Source of the DNA: Spirochaetota bacterium
GTDB lineage: Bacteria; Spirochaetota; UBA4802; UBA5550
Direction of reading: 5' to 3'
NCBI GenBank assembly: GCA_050298055.1
Contig: JBNKTL010000040.1
Span: 1 to 46,341 of the forward strand
Length of the DNA: 46,341 nt
Every line of letters begins with the position of its first letter. Within the stretch, counting starts at the first letter, position 1. Positions 38,901 to 46,341 of this stretch are shown in pieces. The notes under the pieces are model-generated. The model saw only the letters and a list, made by a program, of their open reading frames with translations, did not search any database and was not told the origin of the DNA. Position numbers and translations under genes: made by a program.

Positions 38901-40043
38901 TTACAGGTTTTGTTGATTTTTAAATTCTGAAGGGGTCATTCCCGTGAATGTTTTAAACGCGCGGTTAAAGGTGGCTTTTGAGTTAAATCCTGCTTCTATG
39001 GACAATTGTAACAATGTGGCGTCAGAATATCTTTCACTTTTTAGCTTATCTTTTATATAATTTATTCGCCAGTTATTAATATAGGCGCAGAAATTAACTT
39101 TATAATGTTCATTAATAATCTGCGTAATATAGTGTCTTTTAATTCCCAGGGTCTTTGATAAATCAAAAATTGTCAGTTCACTGTCAAGGTAGGGCTTTTC
39201 CTGTTCCATATACTCCTCAATAGCGGAGAGCAAATCACCAACATCGTTCTCCTTAAGGCCTGATCGTGTATATTTTTTATTATCCGGCGCACTGGCGTTC
39301 TTTCCGGCTTGAGAGTGTGTTATCTCTTCAGAAAATACCCACGACTGGTTGTTTGAAAAAATACTAAAGACAAAAATAAATAATATCAGCCCGTAACTTT
39401 CAGCGATTCCCGGATTAATAATTGATGATTGTGGAGACAGAAAAATGAGTATTCCGATAAAAATATTTGTTCCCAGAAAAGCTATGGTGCTCAACCTGAG
39501 CCAATGGAGAGTGATCTTTGCCGGTTTACTGGAGAAGTAGTTATTGATATTCTGATTGTGCCGGTACAACCGGATTACAATAAAAATAGTATAAACAATA
39601 AATGAAATATTAACTGAAATGAATATAATGAGCCACTGAATATTGGGACTGTTTTCCTGAGATATATTCGGTGAAATTCTTCCATATGCCGGGGCTCCCG
39701 GCGGTGTTATATTCATACCGGCCAGTATCAGTATTGTAACCAGGAGAAAGGGGAGGAAATGAATAAACTTAATACTATTTAATGATTCTTTATCCTCAAT
39801 TATCAGGCAGGTATAAATATATAAAAAAGGCCCATAGGTAAAAGGTGTGGAATGAATAAAGGCAAAAAGAAGCCTGCTCGCATAGCCTGTCTGCAATTCA
39901 ATCAATTTTATTGTCATGGGCAGAGCAAGAAAGAGGATAAAGAGGCCTGCAACTTTTAACGCGTATGAACTCTGTTCCCGTAGATACGTGTAGAGGAACA
40001 TAAAGACCGATATGACACATCCAATTGTATATATATGAATCAT
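38901..40043 (-). CDS. Membrane-anchored AraC-family transcriptional regulator
   Basis: N-terminal TM segments (YGPFLYIY); KPYLDSELT, AGFNSKATFNRAFK..TGMTPSEF. Confidence 0.92.
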   Translation of the reverse strand: MIHIYTIGCVISVFMFLYTYLREQSSYALKVAGLFILFLALPMTIKLIELQTGYASRLLFAFIHSTPFTYGPFLYIYTCLIIEDKESLNSIKFIHFLPFLLVTILILAGMNITPPGAPAYGRISPNISQENSPNIQWLIIFISVNISFIVYTIFIVIRLYRHNQNINNYFSSKPAKITLHWLRLSTIAFLGTNIFIGILIFLSPQSSIINPGIAESYGLILFIFVFSIFSNNQSWVFSEEITHSQAGKNASAPDNKKYTRSGLKENDVGDLLSAIEEYMEQEKPYLDSELTIFDLSKTLGIKRHYITQIINEHYKVNFCAYINNWRINYIKDKLKSERYSDATLLQLSIEAGFNSKATFNRAFKTFTGMTPSEFKNQQNL

Positions 40044-40097
40044 GTTTGCTATTACTTTTATTTATCTTTTTAATAACAAGTAATTTATTAAAGATTT

Positions 40098-40238
40098 ATA
40101 ACTACTCAGCTATGTATAAGAACAGGCATATTCAATAAAAAAAATAACTGATGTGCCCCCGCTGCCGTAGGCGGCGGGGGCACATTGTTGATATTTCAGT
40201 AAAATATGTATATTTTCTCCATACAGCTGAGTTGTTAC
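40098..40238. mobile_element. MITE-like element, copy F (reverse orientation)
   Basis: ATAACTACTCAGCTATGTATA...CATACAGCTGAGTTGTTAC; hairpin ATGTGCCCCCGCTGCC-GTA-GGCGGCGGGGGCACAT (40151-40185). Confidence 0.88.
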
Positions 40239-40297
40239 AAATCTTTTTATTCGTCAAGTTATATATACAGCCTGGCAGGGAGGTTGCAGTTAATCTC

Positions 40298-41956
40298 TCA
40301 GTCGGTGGAAAGATACTTCTCAAGGTATTCGGTAAGATCGTTGATGTTTTTTCGTATCATCATTTTGAATTCCGGGGGGATGTTCTGACTCATCACAACC
40401 TTGTAATAGTCGATGGCCTCCCTGACCCGTCTCTTCTTTATCAGTTCACCGGCTTTTTCAAGCATGGGCTTGTACTTGTAGAATGAATATTCAAGGATGT
40501 TCTGTTCCCGTGAAAGGTGCATCTGTTCCGGCAGTTTGGAAAAATCAAAATTTACCTTCAGTATCGGGAGTTCTTTTTTCAGCTTTCTGTCTGTTTTTAC
40601 GAAGTTCCTGTAAAATTTTTCCTCTTCCCGTCTTTTCCGCTCCTCTTCCTTATTGAAGACGTCGTACTGGCTTTCATCCTCTCTCCTCTCTCCCATGATC
40701 TCGAAAGAATCTTCGTCATCTTTTTTTGACTTTTTATCGTCCCGGAGTATCTTTTCAAATATCTCTTCGTCGCTCAGTTCATCCTTCGTCTTTGGCTTTG
40801 TTATATCCTGCAAAAGGTCAAATTCGTTGAAGTCTTCATCCTCCTTTTCCCGGGTAATTTCGGTTTTGTCCTCAATTTTTTCAGAGACCTCAGGTTTCCC
40901 TGGTGTATCATATTGCCGGGAAGGTGCTTTCCCTTCCGCGATTTTATTTAAAAGGTCTGCTAAAGGCTCAGGATCAATTGCAACAGGTGATGGTTCTTTT
41001 TCTGATATTTCGTTGATCTTCCGGTCCAGGGCGCCAAGGTGTTCCATGAGTTCATCGAGTCTTCCGCCGGTATCGTCATCAGGATGACTCTCTGCGCCCC
41101 TGTCCAGGTCCGAGAGTTCATCCCTGAAGGATTCAACAATATCCTTTATATCCTCCAGTTCATCATTCAGTTCATCCAGGTCAGACTGCTTTGCCTTATC
41201 CTCCATATCGAGGTAATCATATTCCCTCTGGTCGAGTTTTTCATTCAGGTGGTCAAGACGGTCTTTGAGTTCGGAGATTTCCTTCTCCCGCAGATCATCA
41301 AGGCCGGGGGGCCTCATGTTTTCAAGTTCATCCTTAAGTTCCCTGCGAAGCCGGGCTTCCATCTCCTGTAAGGACTGTTTCGTAACGTCATCAAAAACCT
41401 CGATGTTGATCCTTTTCTGCTTGTTCCCGTCCACAGTGAATTTAAGGTCACCGCTTGTGACACTCTCCGGTAATGAGTCCCTTACAGCCCTGGACTTCTC
41501 CTCCTCTTTATGTTTTATATATTTCCTGAGGTATTCTATGTTTTCTTCAATTTTCTCTTTTGTTTTGATATCATTAATTCTGGCAGCAACACCTTCATAG
41601 AGGTTTATGGAGGTATCATAGTAACCCTTTTTCGCGTAAACTTCAGAGTTGAGAAGTGTCCTTCTGTAGACCCTGAACCGGGAGCTTTCCGGTATAATTT
41701 CATCGGTGAGGTAGGGGAGTTTGAACTCCTCGTCTGAAAGAACTTCATCATCTGAAGGGATTTTATCTGTTTTTCTCCTCTGCTGCCTGTCCTCTTCTTC
41801 GATCTGCTTGTCAGAGGCCCGCCTTCTCAGGGTCCGGTCTGGTAATTGGCCTTCCTCCTGTTTCCTGATTGCAGTTTCTTCCTCTTTGCCGCTTACAAAG
41901 AGCCAGACGATGATTCCCAGGATCAATAAACTTACAAGTACAAGTAGTATATTCAT
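40298..41956 (-). CDS. Membrane-anchored acidic coiled-coil hypothetical protein with TPR-like ends
   Basis: N-terminal TM, D/E-rich coiled coil, C-terminal helical hairpin. Confidence 0.8.
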   Translation of the reverse strand: MNILLVLVSLLILGIIVWLFVSGKEEETAIRKQEEGQLPDRTLRRRASDKQIEEEDRQQRRKTDKIPSDDEVLSDEEFKLPYLTDEIIPESSRFRVYRRTLLNSEVYAKKGYYDTSINLYEGVAARINDIKTKEKIEENIEYLRKYIKHKEEEKSRAVRDSLPESVTSGDLKFTVDGNKQKRINIEVFDDVTKQSLQEMEARLRRELKDELENMRPPGLDDLREKEISELKDRLDHLNEKLDQREYDYLDMEDKAKQSDLDELNDELEDIKDIVESFRDELSDLDRGAESHPDDDTGGRLDELMEHLGALDRKINEISEKEPSPVAIDPEPLADLLNKIAEGKAPSRQYDTPGKPEVSEKIEDKTEITREKEDEDFNEFDLLQDITKPKTKDELSDEEIFEKILRDDKKSKKDDEDSFEIMGERREDESQYDVFNKEEERKRREEEKFYRNFVKTDRKLKKELPILKVNFDFSKLPEQMHLSREQNILEYSFYKYKPMLEKAGELIKKRRVREAIDYYKVVMSQNIPPEFKMMIRKNINDLTEYLEKYLSTD

Positions 41957-41969
41957 GATATAATAAAGT

Positions 41970-42107
41970 TTAACTATTCAACTATATGAATAAAATTACA
42001 TATTTTCTAAAAGAGCAACGATATGTCCCCGCCGCCAAAGGCGGCGGGGACATATTAGTTATGTTTTTTTGTTGAATATATTTATTCTTATACATAGCTA
42101 TAGTTAC
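41970..42107. mobile_element. MITE-like element, copy G, with exact target-site duplication
   Basis: Hairpin ATATGTCCCCGCCGCC-AAA-GGCGGCGGGGACATAT (42021-42055); TAATAAAGT at 41961-41969 and 42108-42116. Confidence 0.9.
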
Positions 42108-42272
42108 TAATAAAGTAATAAAAAAAACTCTTAAGGGCAATGCAATGAGAGAGTCGGCAGTACATATTTACCCCTATGGTATATTATCGGAAAAATCCTT
42201 AAATAATTCAATATCTTGAAAAAAAAGTTATTACTCTATCCATGCAAATGGATTATTTATTTGAAAAACATT

Positions 42273-42411
42273 GTATCTACTTAACTGTATGGCTATAATT
42301 AACCTAATTTAATAAAATATTAACAATATGTTCCCGCCGCCTTCGGCGGCGGGAACATGCCAGTTCTCTTCTTTTATGAATTATTATTCTTATGCATATT
42401 TGAGTTGTTAT
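42273..42411. mobile_element. MITE-like element, copy H
   Basis: Hairpin ATGTTCCCGCCGCC-TTC-GGCGGCGGGAACAT (42328-42358); degenerate TIRs. Confidence 0.85.
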
Positions 42412-42416
42412 AATAG

Positions 42417-42470
42417 CATATTGTTGATATTTTTAATGAATATGAATATTTTATCCATATAACTGTGTTG
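42417..42470. mobile_element. Half copy (inverted arm) of the MITE-like element
   Basis: CATATTGTTGATATTTTTAATGAATATGAATATTTTATCCATATAACTGTGTTG aligns with 40181-40234. Confidence 0.65.
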
Positions 42471-42604
42471 AAAGAAAAAAATAATGATTTGACATATGTT
42501 TATACAAATATTAAAGACTTTTTTAATCATTTTTGTTACCAAATCACCCTAAATATTACATACTGGAGTGATAAAAGGTACCATATTACAATAAGGATGT
42601 ACAA

Positions 42605-42826
42605 ATGAGTGAACAAGAGACAAAAATAAGCAAAGATATGACCTTTGGTGAGCTGCTGAAACAGTTTCCCAAAGCGGCTCCCGTACTCATGGGGTATGGG
42701 CTCCACTGTATTGGATGTCATATCGGTGTAACTGAGACAATCGAAGAAGGAGCTCGTGCTCATGGGCTTGATGATGGTAAGATTGAGTCAATGATGAAGG
42801 AGCTTAATGAGCAGGCTGTGCAGTAA
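42605..42826 (+). CDS. DUF1858 domain protein (hybrid-cluster-associated redox disulfide domain)
   Basis: ISKDMTFGELL..FP...GLHCIGC....ETIEEGA..HG. Confidence 0.88.
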   Translation: MSEQETKISKDMTFGELLKQFPKAAPVLMGYGLHCIGCHIGVTETIEEGARAHGLDDGKIESMMKELNEQAVQ

Positions 42827-44954
42827 GCACAACTGTTGACATTTTTCTCACATAATACCTGTTCTCAGCGATTTCTTCTTCTTCCCCTGAGTCAAGGAGA
42901 TCCCGGGGTGATTTGCAAGATGTATCAATGATCCTTTTCCAGGGGGCAGTTGACGGCGCATGGGGAATTTCATATTGCCTGTTTATTTTTGATGCGTTGA
43001 ATATTATATAGATATCGGAATCTCTCTGATTATGGCTTTCCCGGGAATACTCCCCGTTTATAAGCAGGGCCAGGGAATGGCTTTTCCCGCTCCAGTCCGG
43101 TGCGTGAGGCCTGTGACCGTGCCAGGAGATATCGGGAGATGAATATCCTGCAACGTCTTTTCCGGTGAAGTGTGTTTTCTTCCTTAAAACAGGGTGTTCT
43201 TTTCTGAAACGGATCATCCCCGCAGTAAATCTCACAAGGTCCCTGTTCTTTTCAAGGAGGCTCCAGTCAATCCACGAAATATCATTATCGTGGCAGTATG
43301 CATTGTTGTTGCCTCTCTGAGTTCTTCTGAATTCATCACCTGCAAGAAACATGGGGATCCCCTGGGAGAGAAAAAGCGTTGCAATAAAATTTTTCATCTG
43401 CCTTAATCTTATCTGATCAATAAACTGTGTTACTTCATTTCCCTCAATTCCATAATTGTAGCTGATATTGTGATTGTCCCCGTCCAGATTTTTTTCACCG
43501 TTTTCATAATTATGTTTCATTTTAAAACTTACAAGATCGTTCAGGGTAAAGCCGTCGTGGGATGTTATAAAATTTATACTGTTGAGAGGCCCCCCCCTGT
43601 CGTGGCCATACAGGTCGGAACTTCCGGTAATCCTTGTGGCAAATTTTCCGGTGTAATCCGGATCGCCCCGCCAGAAGCTTCTTACGTCATCCCTGTATTT
43701 CCCGTTCCACTCGGCCCACCTTCCCGGGAAATTCCCTACCTGGTATGCTCCTGCCGCGTCCCAGGCTTCGGCAATGATTTTTGTATTCCTCAGGATAGGA
43801 TCTTCTTCAATCTTTTCAACGAGAGGGGGGTTGCTCAGGATGTTGCCCTTCCTGTCCCTTCCGAGAATTGACGCGAGATCAAATCTGAAACCGTCAATAT
43901 TCATCTCCACAACCCAGTACCTGAGACATTCCAGGATAAACTCCCTTATCAGGGGATGGTTGCAGTTCATGGTATTGCCGCAGCCGGAATAGTTCCTGTA
44001 GAACCTTTTGTCTTCATCAAGAATATAGTATATTGAATTATCGAATCCCCTGAATGATACAGTGGGGCCGTGTTCATCGCCCTCTGCCGTATGGTTGAAA
44101 ACCACATCGAGGATTACCTCGATACCGGCATCATGGAATGCTCTTACCATCTCCCTGAACTCTGTAACCTGGTGACCCGGTTCTCCGGTTACCGCATAGA
44201 GACCTTTGGGCGCGAAAAAAGCGAATGTGCTGTATCCCCAGAAATTTTTCAGCCTTTCTCCCGTGACAGGATTAGTGTTGATGTTCTCTTCAAAATCGAA
44301 TTCCTGTATGGGCAGGAGTTCAACGGAGGTTATCCCCAGTTCCCTGAGATAAGGAATTTTTTCTGTAAGTCCCCGGTAGGTCCCCCGGTGTTCCACACCT
44401 GATGACGGGTGCATGGTATATCCCCTGAGATGCATTTCATAGATAATCGTTTCATCTGACGGGATGTTGATGGGCCTGTCTCCGAAACTGCTGCTGCTGA
44501 TAACGATACTTCTGGGGACATGTTCCCTGTTATCAGTTTTGGAAAAGGAGAGGTCTTTCAGGGGAGAATCGGGATCGTAGCCTCTTGCCGTTTGCAGGTC
44601 CCATTTGAAGTTGTCGGTTACCGCCCGTGCATGAGGATCAACGAGGAGCTTGTTCCTGTTAAACCTGTGTCCCCGGAAGGGCTCATAAGGGCCGTTTACC
44701 CTGTAGCCGTAAAGCTGCCCGTGCCCGATCCCTTCGATCCAGATATGCCAGATATCACCTGTTTTATTTAACCGGGGATCAAGTTCTATCTCCGTATATT
44801 CCGATTCCCTGCGGTCGTCCTTGAAAAGAACAAGGGCCACAGAGAGTGCATCCCTGCTGAAAACAGAGAATTGCGTTCCCCTGTCTGTAACACGAGCTCC
44901 CAGGGGAAGAGGATTTCCCGGGTAGGTTTTAAATTTTATTTTTCCGTTTCTCAT
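42804..44954 (-). CDS. glgX: Glycogen debranching enzyme / isoamylase (GH13)
   Basis: GNPLPLGA, NFWGY, DVVFNHTAEG, DGFRFDLA, IAEAWD, HDGFTL, GNNNAYC. Confidence 0.96.
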   Translation of the reverse strand: MRNGKIKFKTYPGNPLPLGARVTDRGTQFSVFSRDALSVALVLFKDDRRESEYTEIELDPRLNKTGDIWHIWIEGIGHGQLYGYRVNGPYEPFRGHRFNRNKLLVDPHARAVTDNFKWDLQTARGYDPDSPLKDLSFSKTDNREHVPRSIVISSSSFGDRPINIPSDETIIYEMHLRGYTMHPSSGVEHRGTYRGLTEKIPYLRELGITSVELLPIQEFDFEENINTNPVTGERLKNFWGYSTFAFFAPKGLYAVTGEPGHQVTEFREMVRAFHDAGIEVILDVVFNHTAEGDEHGPTVSFRGFDNSIYYILDEDKRFYRNYSGCGNTMNCNHPLIREFILECLRYWVVEMNIDGFRFDLASILGRDRKGNILSNPPLVEKIEEDPILRNTKIIAEAWDAAGAYQVGNFPGRWAEWNGKYRDDVRSFWRGDPDYTGKFATRITGSSDLYGHDRGGPLNSINFITSHDGFTLNDLVSFKMKHNYENGEKNLDGDNHNISYNYGIEGNEVTQFIDQIRLRQMKNFIATLFLSQGIPMFLAGDEFRRTQRGNNNAYCHDNDISWIDWSLLEKNRDLVRFTAGMIRFRKEHPVLRKKTHFTGKDVAGYSSPDISWHGHRPHAPDWSGKSHSLALLINGEYSRESHNQRDSDIYIIFNASKINRQYEIPHAPSTAPWKRIIDTSCKSPRDLLDSGEEEEIAENRYYVRKMSTVVLTAQPAH

Positions 44955-45219
44955 ATTCGTGAGCAGCCGCAGGGTTTTTAATCTCTACTGCAAAATTCTA
45001 TCATCCCGCTTCGGGGATGTCAATATGATTTATATTTAATAATGTCAATAATTAATATACGCTGGAGGTTCAGGGAGAGAGTAAGGGTAAAAGAGATGTG
45101 GTGGTGAAAGAGAAAAGAAAAAATTCTTAAAAAACATTAATGCAATTTTCCGAAATACCCGAATATAATAAAGATTAATAATCAGATTATACTCCTATTT
45201 GTATGATTTACCAGGTTAT

Positions 45220-45257
45220 AGGCTTTTGCAACCACTTCTGATGCAAAAGCCTTTTTT
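45220..45257 (+). terminator. Orphan intrinsic terminator
   Basis: AGGCTTTTGCA-N11-TGCAAAAGCCT-TTTTT; no plus-strand gene upstream. Confidence 0.7.
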
Positions 45258-45400
45258 GTACCTGCTTGGCTGTATGGCTAAAATATTCATATTTATTAAA
45301 ATGTCAACAATGTGTTACCGATGTTAATACTTACAGGGGAACATCTCAGTTTTGTTGGATTAATGATTGTAATTTTTCTTTCACAGAGCTGAGTAGTAAC
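45258..45400. mobile_element. MITE-like element, copy I (hairpin decayed)
   Basis: GTACCTGCTTGGCTGTATGGCTAAAATATTCATATTT...GGGGAACATCTCAGTT...AGCTGAGTAGTAAC. Confidence 0.75.
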
Positions 45401-45440
45401 AAATAATTTTTAGAGAAGGTCCCTCATACAGGTAATTGAT

Positions 45441-46046
45441 ATGATTTTTGTCATAAACCAGGAAAATCCACAGAAAAGGCTTATTGATAAGGCTGTTGAA
45501 ATTCTTGTCCAGGGGGGGGTTATCGTCTATCCAACAGATACCGTCTATGCATACGGTTGTGATATTAATGACAAGAGGGCTGTAGAGAGGATATACAGGT
45601 TGAAAAAAATAGACAAAAGGAAACCGCTCAGCTTTATCTTTCCCGATATATCAAGTATTAATGACTATGTGAGAAATATTTCGGATACTGCCTTTAAAAT
45701 CATGAAAAAAGCGACACCCGGACCCTATACCTTTATTTACAATGCCAGCAGGCTGGTCCCAAACATTGTGATAACAAAACAGAAAACCATTGGAGTAAGA
45801 ATACCCGATAATAATATAGCCCTTGAACTGGTCCGAAAACTGGAAAGACCCATTCTCTCCGCAAGTATCAGTACCAGTAAAGGGGAGTATATTTTTTATC
45901 CCCAGGAAATGGAAAAATTCGTAAGAAATGAAGTTGACCTGATAATAGATGGTGGTCCAATTGTCCCCGAACCATCCACAGTTGTGGATTTTACCGGGAA
46001 CAGACCTGAGATCATCAGGGAAGGGAAGGGTGAGGTCTTCTTCTAG
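45441..46046 (+). CDS. Sua5/YciO/YrdC-family (L-threonylcarbamoyladenylate synthase-like) protein
   Basis: GGVIVYPTDTVY, PGPYTFI, IGVRIPD, PSTVVD, IIREGKG. Confidence 0.92.
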   Translation: MIFVINQENPQKRLIDKAVEILVQGGVIVYPTDTVYAYGCDINDKRAVERIYRLKKIDKRKPLSFIFPDISSINDYVRNISDTAFKIMKKATPGPYTFIYNASRLVPNIVITKQKTIGVRIPDNNIALELVRKLERPILSASISTSKGEYIFYPQEMEKFVRNEVDLIIDGGPIVPEPSTVVDFTGNRPEIIREGKGEVFF

Positions 46047-46103
46047 ACCCGAATGCGGATGATTGTCCGCTGAATAAATGATAGAGAGTTTGCAGAGGTA
46101 GTT

Positions 46104-46260
46104 ATGTCAGCAGGACTTGAACAGTTTTTAAAATCTCTCGTTGAGATCGTTGTTGTGCTTGCCATCGGGGCATTTGTCTCATTTATTTTTTATTCCCTGA
46201 AGAGAAGGGAACTCTTTGGCGGATATATCGGCGGGATGGTAATCGGTGTAATCGGCGCCG
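46104..46260 (+). CDS. Small membrane protein (GlsB/YeaQ/YmgE-like), partial
   Basis: RBS AGAGG; MSAGLEQ...LAIGAFVSFIFY...GGYIGGMVIGVIGA. Confidence 0.55.
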
Positions 46261-46341
46261 TCGAACACCAGCCGGTACAGCGTCTGCTGGAACCGGCGCG
46301 CCAGCTCGGTCCAGTCCGTGCGCACGGCTTCCAGGCCCTTG
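46239..46341 (-). other. polB: Fragment of a family-B DNA polymerase II gene; probable chimeric contig end
   Basis: Minus strand reads KGLEAVRTDWTELARRFQQTLYRLVFDGADYTDY; last 81 nt are 69% GC. Confidence 0.75.

Noticed and set aside
40132..40486. Short ORFs containing MCPRRLRQRGH / MCPRCRRRRGH
   Set aside because: They are translations of the element's palindrome, not genes.
41953..42165. Upstream mini-ORF (ATG 42165, minus strand) interrupted by element G
   Set aside because: After removing the element it is out of frame with the downstream gene and has no recognisable homology; too speculative.
42804..42826. 23-nt tail-to-tail overlap of the DUF1858 gene and glgX
   Set aside because: Short convergent overlaps are common and imply nothing specific.
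21174..45400. Repeated hairpins as a CRISPR array or integron attC sites
   Set aside because: Copies are dispersed kilobases apart beside housekeeping genes. There is no regular spacing, no cas or integrase gene, and no consistent position downstream of cassette ORFs. TIRs plus TSDs fit a MITE.

Overview
Chromosomal window, probably from an uncultured spirochaete (inferred from a Leptospira-like gene set: short SMC, acidic Zn-ribbon gene coupled to uvrA, HDOD/Maf, many lipoproteins). It carries about 35 genes, mostly housekeeping, envelope and signalling: smc, uvrA, pcm, a stand-alone fusA, an MntR/DtxR-like regulator, mscS, a Maf glycosyltransferase, comEC, lolA, glgX, a Sua5/YrdC gene, and DUF285, DUF1566 and Ig-like surface lipoproteins. 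No rRNA, tRNA, CRISPR array, prophage or intact transposase was seen. The main novelty is intergenic. (1) A dispersed ~140-bp MITE/ERIC-like element occurs as 9 copies plus a half copy. It has GTAACTACTCAG terminal inverted repeats, 8-9 bp target-site duplications and a central GC hairpin kept paired by compensatory changes, and it lies on the 5' side of genes, often between promoter and start codon. (2) Decayed small-nuclease modules retain their repeats: a DUF559-like remnant between 29-bp inverted repeats, a GxxExxY-like N-terminus after 9-mer repeats, and an orphan 7-mer array. (3) A four-way-junction structure sits at the left edge. (4) There is a candidate anti-SD sRNA. Protein-level oddities are a hinge-less SMC, a CE7 esterase lacking catalytic Ser and His, and an out-of-frame pcm start. 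The last ~85 nt look like a chimeric high-GC polB fragment.
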